Source: Prorocentrum cordatum (Eukaryota). From it: DNA of 53,327 nt. Below are positions 34,648 to 46,184 of the stretch, in pieces (position 1 is the first letter of the stretch; the number at the start of each line of letters is the position of its first letter). A model generated the notes under the pieces. That model did no database searches and was not told the origin of the DNA. It was given only the letters and a program-made list of their open reading frames with translations. The stretch lies in the NCBI GenBank assembly GCA_963575745.1, contig CAUYUJ010000327.1:62001-115327 (forward strand). The letters are read 5' to 3'. The translations under genes were made by a program, and so were the position numbers.

Positions 34648-34990
34648 AATGCGGCCCAGGAATGGGAGTTCTGGGAAGTCGAAGAGCACGAAGTTGCCTA
34701 CAGTTGGCTACGGGCATTCAAAATGTGGCCCGGGAATGGAGTTCTGGGAACTCGAAGAGCACGAAGTGGCCTACAGTTGGCTACGGGCATTCAAAATGTG
34801 GCCCGGGAATGGAGTTCTGGGAACTCGAAGAGCACGAAGTGGCCTACAGTTGGCTCCGGGCATTCAAAATGTGGCCCGGGAATGGAGTTCTGGGAAATAG
34901 AAAGGCACGAAGTGGCCTACAGTTGGCTCCGGGCATTCATAATGTGGCCCGGGAATGGAGTTCTGGGAGGTCGAAGAGCACGAAGTGTGT
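34648..34990. repeat. 73-bp tandem repeat (~4.6 units) inside Helitron-like copy 2
   Basis: Same unit as 33275-33690. Confidence 0.95.
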
Positions 34991-35604
34991 GACTGTTGGC
35001 TTCAAACGACTTCTGCGGCACCCTGTCCGGCACCCGCCCAGACCCCCCTGTGGAGTCATTTGCTGCTCTCTTTTGAGACCACTAGAAACCTATCAGTCTT
35101 CGCTGTTAGGTAAAAATGCACTGCCACCTTCCCGGAACGCCTCGCGGGCTGGCGTCCTCGGACGAGGCTAGGACGAGGAGAAATTCGTTCCAGACTGGCC
35201 CGGAGCGCTCTCAGAGCGCTCTGAAACGCTCTGAGAAAGCCCGACCCTTTCCCGGGACCGGTTTTTCATCCTGAGTCGTTTCTTGCCGGTCCTGGGGCCC
35301 GGCGAGGGCCCCCAGGGGCCCGAAAAGAGCGAAAGACTTGCCGTCCCGAGTTTGCAGCGGCGCGAGCATGTCTGGGCCCAGAGCCGCCAGACCTCGGAGA
35401 TGCTCGGTTCAGCTCCACCCGATGTTCCCCGCGGCCGGGCCTCGCCCTCGCCGAAGGCCTCGCCGGCGGGCGTCCGTGCACATAGCATGCATCCCGCGGC
35501 GCAGGCTCGCCCGCCGCGGAGCCGGGCCCCGCTGCGGCGGAGGCAGGCCACGCCGCGGAGCCAGGTCCCCAGAGCTCCGACGACGTACCCTCTTTGCTCG
35601 GAGC

Positions 35605-35803
35605 GACCGGCATGGGTACGGGAAGAATGGGCACCATGCCCAACAGCAGCTCCTGTGCATTTGGAACAGGGCTCGCTGTCCACGCCGCCGCGGCCTGTGT
35701 CTATCTGAGACAGAGGGCCGCCTGCCCAACAGCGGCCGCTGTTGGCTTGGGATAACATTCGTTGTTGGGCATTGTGCCCATTCTTTCCGTGCCCATTTCG
35801 GTC
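35605..35803. mobile_element. MITE with ~40-bp TIRs
   Basis: gaccggcatgggtacgggaagaatgggcaccatgcccaacagc / gttgttgggcattgtgcccattctttccgtgcccatttcggtc. Confidence 0.75.
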
Positions 35804-35830
35804 CAAATGTTCCTCCTCTGTGGCCGCCCT

Positions 35831-36170
35831 CTTGTGTTCCAACTGTCTTAGTGTGTCTGAAGACCGACGGGGCCTGGCGGCCACTCGAACGCGTTGGCGT
35901 CCGCTCCCGCACGGGGACGAAACACATATCCGTGGCCTCGCGGCCCCGGTCCCCCTTGGGACGCGAACCCGCGGAGACCGGGGGCGGCAAAGAGGGGGGT
36001 GATGACTAGGGAGGGGGGGGATTTCATGGCGTGGGCCGTGATTTTTCAGATCTCACGGCGCCTCTTCTTATTTCACTACGTCCTTGGCCCCCTCCCTTGG
36101 GCCGCGCTCATGCCGCCGGCCATGGTTTGCACCCCCCCCTCTTGGACACCCCCCTCTTGGCCGCCCCCGA
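35831..36170 (+). repeat. 340-bp direct repeat, copy 2
   Basis: Highly similar to 25756-26095. Confidence 0.85.
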
Positions 36171-37117
36171 TTTGGGCCTGCATACGGTCGAGCATCTGAT
36201 CAATGGAGCTCCTCAACCAACTTGCTGGAAGGCTGGCCCAGCTTCCGAGGCACGTTTGTCCCTCCAGCTCTCCTCAGCCATGCGCAGAGGGGGGTAGGGG
36301 AGAGGATGGGAGGCTTCTTCTAAGCACCCCTGCTTCTTAGGAGGCGAGGAGCAGCCTCCTTCGAAGAAGCCTTCCCCCTTCCCTCCACCCCCTTGCACGC
36401 GCCGCCAATCGCCGACGACATGATTTTTCTTTCAGCTGGTACTGTTGATTCTTCGACGTGGGCCCTCAGGGGCTGCTTTGTGGGTCCCCTGATAGTCATA
36501 TCTGGGGTTTGCAACTCTTTCGCACCTGGCATTTTCGCCCGGTGGCGGACCCCAAGACCCGCACAGATCGATCCGGCTCGGAAAATGACGCAGAAAGATG
36601 GGGTCGAGGGTTCCGGTCGAGTTTTTTCGCGATGTTTACTTATCCGCAGCGTCAGATCGCAGGGTCGGGCCCTGGGATTACAGTGGGGACCCATGCCAAG
36701 AAACACCCTGCTTGCCTCCAGGGTGCCCTGGGTGTCTTGGGTTCCGATGGCTTCGCCATGGAAAGCGTGACGTTCCCACACCAAAAATCCGTGGACGCCC
36801 TGGAGTCTCAGGGCTGGGTTTCTTGTGGAAGGTTTCTTGTGGACTGGCCTCCACTGTATTCCCCCCCAGTGATCACCACCTTCTGGGTCGCCAGCGACGA
36901 CATCGCCCCAAGTCCCCTCAGGGACGCCGACGGCAGCATGCCACGCGCGATGAAGCCGAATCGACGCCGCGGATGGATCGGGCGGCGCGTGATGGGGGGC
37001 GGCAGAGGGTGGGCTCGGCGAGGGGAGCCAGCAAACCTTGTGCGCATTTTCCGGGCCCAGGAGGGCCCCAAAGGGGTGCACGCGAAAGTGCACGTGTCTT
37101 CGCCCCCCCCGTTGATC

Positions 37118-37349
37118 TAGGCCTCCTAGATGGTGTCGGAGTAGATGGGGTCGGAGGATCGCGCCGCATCGTCGATGCGTCGCCGATGCGGCTCGATGCG
37201 GAGCCCGATGTTCTCCGCGCAGGCGTCGCCGATGCACCGCCGACGTCGCCGATACATCGCTGATGCATCGTCGATGTATCGCCGATGCATCGGCGATGCG
37301 GCGCGATGCTCCGACCCCATCTACTCCGACCCCATCTAGGAGGCCTCTA
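37118..37349. mobile_element. Fold-back MITE with ~65-bp TIRs and a 7-bp target duplication
   Basis: aggcctcctagatggtgtcggagtagatggggtcggag... / ...ctccgaccccatctactccgaccccatctaggaggcct; gttgatc at 37111-37117 and 37350-37356. Confidence 0.8.
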
Positions 37350-37709
37350 GTTGATCGCCTCCCCCCCGGAGCCACGCCCAAACAGAGAAGGAGCAACAAG
37401 CACTGATGTCAGTGCTCGGGGCCCACGCAATATTGGGGGTCGGCGCCAGCGGGTGTCGGCCAGTTCTCCTCTCGATCCCGTCTGGCATGCTTGAGCTCGA
37501 GAGCCGCGTGGAGCAGATCGCCCCCTGGAAGCGAGTGATTGCCAAGGTCTCAGTCCGGAGGGTGTTCTGTGTTTGGCGCCCAGGGCCGAGCGCTGAGCCT
37601 GTTGGCGTTGGAAGGTCGCCGTCGAACGTTGCCACCCCTCGTTTCTGGTGCTCGGCTTGGCGGCGCCGAAGAGAACGCAAATCAGGAAAGAGAGGGAACA
37701 ATCACTGAC

Positions 37710-37872
37710 AGGCCTAAGCCGGGCCTGTCCCTCTGCAGGAGGAATATTCAAAAATAGTTAAAATAGTCAGGGGACGATTGTTCTATCAGTGTTCGATCAT
37801 TTTGGTGCGTTTGTTTAGTATTTTTAAGATTCTTTCGTCCAAGATTCGCCTGTAGGGGGACACGGACGACCT
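37710..37872. mobile_element. MITE of the 'aggtcgggcctgtccctct' family, copy 1
   Basis: Left cgggcctgtccctctgcagg, right cctgtagggggacacggacgacct; related to 45588-45764 and 47746-48733. Confidence 0.65.
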
Positions 37873-39335
37873 GATGATGGGCTTAATTTAGCACGCCCCG
37901 AACGCTAGGTCCTGTAGTGTTTAGCGGGCTGCTCACTCCTGCATGCAGGGACAAAGCCGAGACTGGCACAGCACCCCATGATTTTGTCCACGCTCCTGCT
38001 TGGAGCCGGCTTGGAGCCGGCAAGGGGTCTGACATGTGGCCAAGCAGTGGTTCTGGCGAGCAGGAGGGGAGGCGAGGTCCGAGGTTCTGGGCCCGGCGAG
38101 CTTGTCTGCCTTCTTCGACATCCGGGGGCCGTTTACGGGCACCGGGACGTTCAGAAACGGATTTGGGGTGAGAGATTGCGCCAGATGGACCCCAGCACGA
38201 GGGGTCCGCGGACCGATTTTGAACGGGTTTGGCCTCATCCATGACGACGTGGGCCAGATGGACCCCAGGAGGGACCAGGAGGGGTCCGCGGACCGCTTTT
38301 GAACGGGGCCCCACCGGGTTCAGGCCCCGCGGCCGCCCTCCAGACTCCACTCCACGCCACCGCTCCAGCAAGCCAAGGCGACGAGCGAACGACCCTTGTG
38401 CCAGCCTCTTGCCGCATGTCGAGGGCGCGCCGGGTCCAGGGCACTGTCGCCAAGTACCATCGACCAGACGTAAGAGTGGCCTTTCGCCAGAGTGACCTTT
38501 TGGTGCGGGCTCAGATGGGTCCCCAGGTGGCCAAAAACGAGGCAGCAGCAGCTGCTTGCGCGCCCAGGTTTGGTCCCCCCGCGGCCCCCAAAAAGCCACG
38601 CACCAAAGGTCACTCTTACCCAGGGCCATTCTTGCGTATAACCGATATCAGCTTGCACCGACGAACTAAATATATTACAGGGCCCCAGGAAGTCCCGACC
38701 CTTTTCCCCAGCGCCGGCTTTCCGTCTCGAGTCGTTCTCTGACGGTCCTGGGGCCCCGTCCAAGACCCTAGAGGACAAAAGCGGCGATCAAACCTCCGCA
38801 CTGTTCTTTCCAAGAGGCAGGATGTGTGGGGCTCCCCGTATTGCCGCAGCCTTGGGCGCCCCGTATGCCGCGGTCCCCGCGGCGCGAGCGCACGAGTTCC
38901 TTTCCCTCCTGCCGCGACTGCTCCTCTCTTCCCCCTCCTTCCCTGTTTGCACCCGGGCACTGGGCAATGCCGTTGCCCGGCTTGCCCGAGCGCGCGCGCG
39001 GACTGCCTCTGCCGCGCTGCGGCGTAAAACGCATGTTCGGGGCTCCCCCCCTCCTTCTCACCACCCACCGAACCACCCCAACCCAACCCGAAGGCTCAAA
39101 TGTACCTTCGATCTCCCATTGGGTGGGGGGGGTCCGGGGAGCATCGAAAAAATACGCGTGGAACCCGTACCCCCCCCCCAACCCGAAACTTGGGTCTTGG
39201 GGTCAGGTTGGGGTGGTCTGGTAGATAGTCACCTTCTGCCAACCCAGGCCTGGGCGCCACTGAGCGTCCGGCGGGGGCTCGCGACGGGGCCCTGGCCGCC
39301 TTGGGACAGGGTAATCACCAGCGCGTCCCCGGCAG

Positions 39336-39464
39336 GTCTCGTCGTGGAGCCCGCGGGCGGCCCGAAGGGTCCTGCGGGCGACCAGTACGACGAGTCGCAG
39401 AGCAAGCCCATCTCCGACGGGGAGATCAGCGCGCTGGAGCTGGTGCGGAACGCGGACCTGTCGG
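39336..39464 (+). CDS. Isolated candidate exon (LVVEPAGGPKGPAGDQYDESQSKPISDGEISALELVRNADLS)
   Basis: CAG acceptor and G|GC donor; nearly all codons end in G/C. No family recognised. Confidence 0.35.
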
Positions 39465-39934
39465 GCGCGATGCCCATGTACGGGGCCCTCTGAGGGTGCT
39501 CCTGCGAAGTTTCACTTTTCCACGCCGGGCCACCGCCAAGAGTGAAGGCTCAACATGTACGGTTGCTGGCGCCCGCCAGACGACTGATAGACAGTCACGC
39601 TTGCGTCCGCGCGTTAAGGCCTGCGCCATGAAAGAGAGTCGATCGTTTTCATTATCATTCGCATCCTGCTGCGTCTCCTCATGTTTCTCCTTCACATCCT
39701 CCTGCTCGTCTTCCTCCCCTTGCTCTTCATCGTCCTCCTGCTCGTGCTGCTCCTCTTCCGTATCATACTGAAGCTGCTTGTGTGTCTTTGCGGTTGCAAT
39801 CATGTTGCCTATTTCTGCTGCTTCTGCCAATTTTGAGGCCCGAATTCTGTTGGAATTGAGGAGCTTATAGGAACGAAGTATGCCAGTGCTAATGTTTGAA
39901 GATTCCAAGACGGGCCGATTGTAATCACCCAGAT

Positions 39935-40180
39935 CCTCCTCATCATCATCGCCATCATCAACATAATCCTTGTCCTCGTCGTCGCTTTCATCATCAGCAT
40001 CATCGTCGTCGTCATCGTCGTCAGCAGCTTCGTCATCAGCATTATCAGCATCATCAGCAGCATCATCATCGTCGTCGCTGTCGTCGTCGACATCATCAGC
40101 AGTATCAGCATCACCATGATCATCAACCTCATTATCACCATCACCAACACCATCATATTCATCATCACCATCACCATCAC

Positions 40181-40256
<76 letters not shown>

Positions 40257-40366
40257 GTGATCTGCATCATCAGCAGCAGCACCAGCATAGCATCGTGATC
40301 CTCATCATCATCAGCAGCATCATTATCATAATCAGCCTCATCATCATCATCATCAGCAGCATCAGT

Positions 40367-40453
<87 letters not shown>

Positions 40454-40460
40454 GTTATCA
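39935..40460. repeat. (ATC)n microsatellite
   Basis: Directly visible. Confidence 0.92.
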
Positions 40461-40979
40461 ATGCCATTATTCGCTGCTGCTTCTCCGTTTCATTGTCCTC
40501 CTGATGCTCCTCCTCCTCAGCGACCTACATCGGCAGGCCAGCAAGGCCTCCACTGCGACACCGAGAACATTCGATGTTGGCGCAGCAGATATTTCACGCA
40601 TGATAACAAGAGCACGATAACTCGTTGCCCTCTTTGCTATGCTTGAGTACTCTTCCTGTAGAAGGGGCATGCCCGACTTGACGGTCGGGGGAGGGGGGGA
40701 AGGCTTCTGAGAAGCAGGCTGCTTCTTGGAAGGCGCTGGCACTCCATCTCGCCAGGCAGCCCAGCGAAGTCGAGTATCGATGGCCCATGGGGAATATTCC
40801 CTTTGATCTCTCAATAGCAAGATGTCCTACCGTCGTAGCTGCCTCCATACGCACGTTTTGAAACACAACACGTTCCATTCTCAAAACGTCCGTGTCAATG
40901 CGTGACCTGTTGGCTCAGCGTATTGACCCGTTTTTTGGCGAACGTGCGGCTTCATACCCACGCTGTCAGTCTGCATGTT

Positions 40980-41750
40980 GAGCTCCGTGTCAATGCGTGA
41001 CGTGTTGCGTGTTGCGCATCGGGGCAGCCAAGCCTATCGTGTGTGCGTCTGTTGTACGGTACAGTTGGGGCGCTGAAGAAGGAACCCTTTGCGTTGGGGA
41101 GGGGCTCGGTGCTCTTTGATTGTTTCACAGTTTGCCTTAGGCTTTCCCTAGGCTTTCGAGGGTGAATCGAAGCTGAACTTGTGCGAAAAGGGGCCTCGTT
41201 CCTTATGTAGGGCTCCTCAGGTCAACGCCCCGACTGTACGCTGCCGCCGGCCCACATGGGGATGGGAAGGTGCTGGCCACGTATCAATACGTGACGTGTT
41301 GAGCTCCGTATCAATACGTGACGTGTTGAGCTCCGTATCAATACGTGACGTGCTGCGTGTTGCGCATCGGGGCAGCCAAGCCTATCGTGTGTGCGTCTGC
41401 TGTACGGTACAGTTGGGGCGCTGAAGAAGGAACCCTTTGCGCTGGGGAGGAGCTCGGTGTTCTTTGATTGTTTCACAGTTTGCCTTAGGCTTTCCCTAGG
41501 CTTTCGAGGGTGAATCGAAGCTGAACTTGTGCGAAAAGGGGCCTCGTTCCTTATGTAGGGTTCCTCGGGTCAACGCCCCGACTGTACTCTGCCGCCGGCC
41601 CACATGGGGATGGGAAGGTGCTGGCCACGTATCAATACGTGACGTGTTGAGCTCCGTATCAATGCGTGACGTGCTGCGTGTTGCGCATCGGGGCAGCCAA
41701 GCCTATCGTGTGTGCGTCTGCTGTACGGTACTCTGCTGCCGGCCCACATT
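40980..41750. repeat. ~348-bp tandem duplication (~2.3 units) with 27-bp sub-repeats
   Basis: Near-identical segments start at 41179 and 41527; sub-repeat cgtatcaatacgtgacgtgttgagctc. Confidence 0.9.
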
Positions 41751-41929
41751 GAGGAGGGAAAAAAACACACAGACACAATTAATCGTCGATTCCCCAGAAA
41801 ATATTGGAAAATATGGGAAGTGGGGGGGAAGACAAAAACCCAGAAAATATAGGAAAATATGGGGAATTATTTTATTTGTGTGTATTTAATTGTGTGTTTG
41901 TGGGCCCCTTCATACATGGGGATGGGCAG

Positions 41930-42036
41930 GTGCTGGCCACGACGCCGGAGGCGGCGAGGGTGCACGTCTTCTCGGTCTCGCGGGCCGAGGTGCCGAGGCT
42001 CTTCGGCCTCGACACGTTCACCGACGGGGAGACCAA
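41930..42036 (+). CDS. Isolated candidate exon (VLATTPEAARVHVFSVSRAEVPRLFGLDTFTDGETK)
   Basis: CAG acceptor and possible GT donor at 42037; G/C-ending codons throughout. No family recognised. Confidence 0.35.
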
Positions 42037-43170
42037 GTGCCCCAGGACCGCCGGGGCGGCGTCCTCGGCCGCCCGTGGGCAGGAGCGGGGAGGGCAGGTA
42101 GAACGACGCGAAGATCGGGACAAAATCGGATCGGGATGACTCGAAATCTCTGAGAATCGGCGGGTTTGGAGGATGTATTGGGCGCCGCGGCCGCTCCAGA
42201 GCGTTCCGGAACGCTCTGAGAGCGCTCCGGAACGCTCTGGAGCGATGTATCCCGATCCTAGCCCTGTTTTAGTAGGGCGCCGGGAGGAGGGCTTCGAAGA
42301 AGGAAGCAGGAGAGACCGCACAGGCACTGTGCTGTTCCAGCCTGCTTCAGCCTCAAGTAACTTCGGGCACCAGGGAAGTACCGAAGCTGGAGGGTTTTCA
42401 CGCGTCGGGCCCTGGGAGGCGAGACTCGCTCGGCACTGTTTCGATACCTTTCTGGGTGCTCGAAACAATTTCTGGGATGTGGTCCTTAAGTACGACGGGG
42501 GCAACACGAAAATTAGCCTGGCGAAGGACCCAACCATATGCAGTTGTGAATACCGCGATTGTGGATCTCATCTTCGCTCGCGCTCCCTATGGGGCCACGA
42601 ACCGTGTGAGGGGGCGTGCCGAAATGCGTGGCGGGGTCCCCAATGCGAACAAAGACGATCGCTCTGAGTGCGCGAGACTGAGACCGGGTGAGCCTGAGCG
42701 CGAGTAAATCTGATTGTGAATGTGTCTGCGTGCGAATCAGTCTACGTGCATCAATGTCGACGCCCATGTCGGCACGCCCCTCACGAGGATCGCGCCCGCT
42801 TCCTTCCCCTTTTTTTTCTGCCTCTTTGCCCGTGCACGCCGATGTCCATGGCTGCGGGCGCGGCGCCGCACTGAGTCCCCGCGACGCACGCTGGTCGCCC
42901 CGAAGGGGTCCCGGCGACGCGCGCGGGTCGTCCGCTGCGCGGAGCAGAGAGAGTGCTAGCTGGCTGGGTGATATCGGGCAAGACTGTGGCCGCTGGGCAG
43001 AGCGACGACGGGGGCGAGCGAGGCTCTGGGCAGAGCGCAGCGCGGAATTCCCGCGACGCGCGCTGGTCGCCCCGAGAGGGTCCCAGCGACGCGCGCGGAT
43101 CGCCCGCGGCGCGAGGCCAAACAGTCATACCGTCGAGAGACGGCGAGTCTCGGGCGGGCCGCTCCTCAGG

Positions 43171-43760
43171 TCAAGCCTCGCGGATAAACTCGGTGAAGCC
43201 CATCTCCCTGGCGAGGGCCGTCGCCTCCCTTCTGCACCGCTTCGTGCGCGCCGCAAACTGCTCCAGCTGCTTCCGCAAGCCCTCCGGCGGCCCTGCCAGG
43301 AAGAACTCGATGCGCGGCGCCCGCATGAGCAGGAGGTCCTCGTGGCGCGTGGCGCGCGAGAGCAGGACGTAGAGCTCTAGCCACCAGTCGTCGTCCTCCT
43401 TCCTGCCGTTCCCCACCTCCTGGCGGCCGCAGTCCAGGATCACGCCTGGGCGATGTCGGCCGAGGGAGCAGCGCGCCGGGCAGCCGACGGCCCAGGGCGA
43501 GAGTCCACAGACCGAGAGGAGGTCTGGCTGCGGACTGCTCGCGCCCAGCAGGTCTGGCCGTAAACTGCCCCAGAGCGCTGTTCCCTCGCCCCGTCGCCTT
43601 CGCGCATGGCGCGCCCCTGGCACGCCACCGTGGTGATGAACCTGCCGTGCGAGAAGGGGGAGCCCGTTCGGGTGACCTTGGAGGTGCGAAAGGTGAACGG
43701 CTCCGACGTGCGACGCTCGATGAACACAAGCTTGCCCGTGAGACCGTCGTGGCGACGACG
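43171..43760 (-). pseudogene. C-terminal fragment of a Pif1/RecD-like SF1B helicase (Helitron RepHel-type), two exons (~43760-43598 and 43445-43171)
   Basis: Removing a 152-nt GC-AG intron (43597-43446) gives VTRTGSPFSHGRFITTVACQGRAMREGVILDCGR...WWLELYVLLSRATRHEDLLL. This matches the Pif1 motif V/VI pattern R.xFP....IT...QG.....V.xD...lYVaLSRa. The 5' part is missing. Confidence 0.75.
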
Positions 43761-44267
43761 GGCCTCCGAAGGCCAGGAAGCTTCGAGCCTGGATCCTCGA
43801 GGTTCGCGCTTCAAACCTCGACGTGAACCTTCGAAAATGCCGAAGCACCCCCGTTAGCCTTTCACGACGAGGACGCCTTCGGGTACGACTACGAGTACGA
43901 CGACGAGGAGGAGGAGGACGACGACGGGTACGACGAAGAGTACGACGACGAGTACGACGACGAGGAGGAGGAGGAGGAGGAGGAGGAGGAGGAGGACGAC
44001 GACAGTAACGACGACGAGTCGTCCTCCTCGTTCTCGTCCTCGTCCTCGTCCTCCACGTCCTCCTCGTCCTCCTCGTCCTCCTTCTCTTCCTCCTCTTCCT
44101 CCTCCTCCTCCTCCTCCTCCTCCCTCCCTCCCTCCTCCTCCTCCTCCTCCTCCTCCTCCTCCTCATCTCATCCTCATCCTCATGCCTCAATCGTCATCCT
44201 CATCCTCCTCTTCGTCCTCACCTTACATCCTGGTCCTGTCGAGGGGTTGTGCCCAGAATGGGGGTGG

Positions 44268-45265
44268 GGCGGCGGCGCCATGCGCGGTTCCGCCACTGTG
44301 GCCGTAGTGGAGCTCCCTATGGGGCCACGAAACGTGTGAGGGGTGTGCCGAAATGGGTGCGGCGCCGCCATGCCAACGCAGCCACTGGGGCCTTCGGTGG
44401 AGCTCCCTATGGGGCCACGAAACGTGTGAGGGGTGTGCCAAATTGGGGCGGCGGCGCCATGCGAGTTCCGCCACTGGGACCTTAGGTGGAGCTCCATATG
44501 GGGCCACGAAACGTGTGAGGGGTGTGCCAAAATGGGGCGGCGGCGCCATGCGAGTTCCGCCACTGGGACCTTAGGTGGAGCTCCCCATGGGGCCACGAAG
44601 CGTGTGAGGGGTGTGCCACAATGGGGCGGCGGCGCCATGCGAGTTTCCCAACTGGAACCTTAGGTGGAGCTCCCTATGGGGCCACGAAACGTGTGAGGGG
44701 TTTGCCAAAATGGGGCGGCGGCGCCATGCGAGTTCCGCCACTGGGACCTTAGGTGGAGCTCCCTATGGGGCCACGACGCGTGTGAGGGGTGTGCCAAAAT
44801 GGGGCGGCGGCGCCATGCGAGTTCCGCCACTGGGACCTTAGGTGGAGCTCCCTACGGGGCCACGAAACGTGTGAGGGGTGTGCCAAAATGGGGCGGCGGC
44901 GCCATGCGAGTTCCGCCACGGGGACCTTCGGTGGAGCTCCCTATGGGGCCACGACGCGCGTGAGGGGTGTGCCAAAATGAAGCGGCGGCGCCATGCGAGT
45001 TCCGCCACGGGGAACCTTCGGTGGAGCCTCCCTATGGGGCCACGGAAACGTGTGGAGGGTTTGCCGGTTTGCCAAAATGGGCGGCGGCCCATGCCGAAAT
45101 CCGCCAACTTGTGACCTATGGGTGGAGCTCCTATGGGCCAACGAAACGTGTGAGGGGTGTGCCAAAAATGGGGCGGGCGGCGCCAACAAATGCGAGATTT
45201 CCGCCGACTGGGACGTTAGGAGGTGGAAGCTCCCTATGGGGCCACGAAACGTGTGAGGGGTGTGC
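44268..45265. repeat. 89-bp tandem repeat (~11 units)
   Basis: ggcggcggcgccatgcgagttccgccactgggaccttaggtggagctccctatggggccacgaaacgtgtgaggggtgtgccaaaatg repeats with period 89; a partial solo unit lies at ~42582-42626. Confidence 0.95.
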
Positions 45266-45587
45266 CGGAACAGAGACATGCGGAGAGCAAAAGCCAAGAT
45301 GGGGGAGGAGGGAGGAGGGGGAGGAGGAAGGAAGGAGACGCGGGGCACCGTCTCTTCAAAACGAGGACCCAACACCACAGGATGGTTGGGAAAAACATTA
45401 AGTTTCGAACGTCCGCGCGGATCTCTCGGATCCGCGCTGGGCCCCCTTTCCCTGGCGCGCGGAGCGCACAGGGCCGGCGCTGGAGGCGCCGCCAGAGGGG
45501 TCCAGCGCCGATCCGAGAGATCCGCGCGGACCTCCCGAAGGGGAGAGCAGGGGGCGGCGGGTGGGGCGAGGGAGCAGTGGGCAAGCT

Positions 45588-45764
45588 AGGTTTAAGTCGG
45601 GCCTGTCCCTCTAAAAGAGGACTACTGAAAATAGCCCGAAAAATAGTCTGGGGCGTTTTTTTGTAAATAGAAAATATGTTCTAACGCTGTTTGAGTTTTT
45701 GTCGATTGCTCTTCATTTTTTAATCCCAAATCTCTCTGCAGGAGGACATGCCCGACCTAAAGCT
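45588..45764. mobile_element. MITE of the 'aggtcgggcctgtccctct' family, copy 2
   Basis: TIRs aggtttaagtcgggcctgtcc / ggacatgcccgacctaaagct. Confidence 0.7.
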
Positions 45765-45814
45765 GGGTGCGCTCGCGCTATCCATCATTTCCCGTGGCGC
45801 TGTTTTTTTGTTGT

Positions 45815-45822
45815 TCTCTCTG

Positions 45823-45871
<49 letters not shown>

Positions 45872-45921
45872 ATTATGTCTCTCTCTCTCTCTCTGTCTCT
45901 CTCTTTCTCTCTTTCTCTCTT

Positions 45922-45973
<52 letters not shown>

Positions 45974-46150
45974 CCGACGAGCGCTGTGCAGCGGATCTGC
46001 CATTCCCTACAACAAAAAAAAACGTCGCGTCGTGCGCACGCGGAGCACGGGAGCCGCGTGCCCTGCAGGGGGGGAGGCGGCGGACGAGCGAGGGGGCGCA
46101 GGGGGCGAGGGGGCGGAGCAGCGGGGCGGCGGGAAGGGGCGAGGGCCTCC

Positions 46151-46184
<34 letters not shown>

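Larger units (their letters stand above)
26451..35111 (-). mobile_element. Head-to-tail dimer of a non-autonomous Helitron2/Helentron-like element (copy 26451-33810 with a LINE inserted; copy 33814-35111)
   Basis: Each unit runs ttatcccggcaaagcaacctaacagccatgtgtaggagc ... CCT-rich tract ... 73-bp repeats ... acctatcagtcttcgctgttaggt. The sub-terminal IR acctaacagc/gctgttaggt is asymmetric and one end forms a hairpin. Units are joined by aaa, and the dimer is flanked by aaaaa on both sides. Confidence 0.7.
42513..45390 (-). mobile_element. Internally deleted Helitron2-like element carrying a helicase 3' fragment and an 89-bp tandem array
   Basis: End ttagcctggcgaaggacccaaccat is homologous to the end at 26451 (12/16 identical, then the sub-TIR). 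The other end, cccaacaccacaggatggttggg, forms a hairpin and contains the complement atggttggg. Flanked by A-runs. Confidence 0.72.

Noticed and set aside
33275..34990. 73-bp (and the 89-bp at 44268-45265) repeat arrays as CRISPR arrays
   Set aside because: Units are contiguous with no unique spacers, there are no cas genes, and the context is eukaryotic.
25756..36170. LTR or DIRS retrotransposon defined by the 340-bp direct repeats
   Set aside because: No TG...CA, PBS/PPT, integrase, RNase H or tyrosine recombinase; the RT is non-LTR type with its own boundaries.
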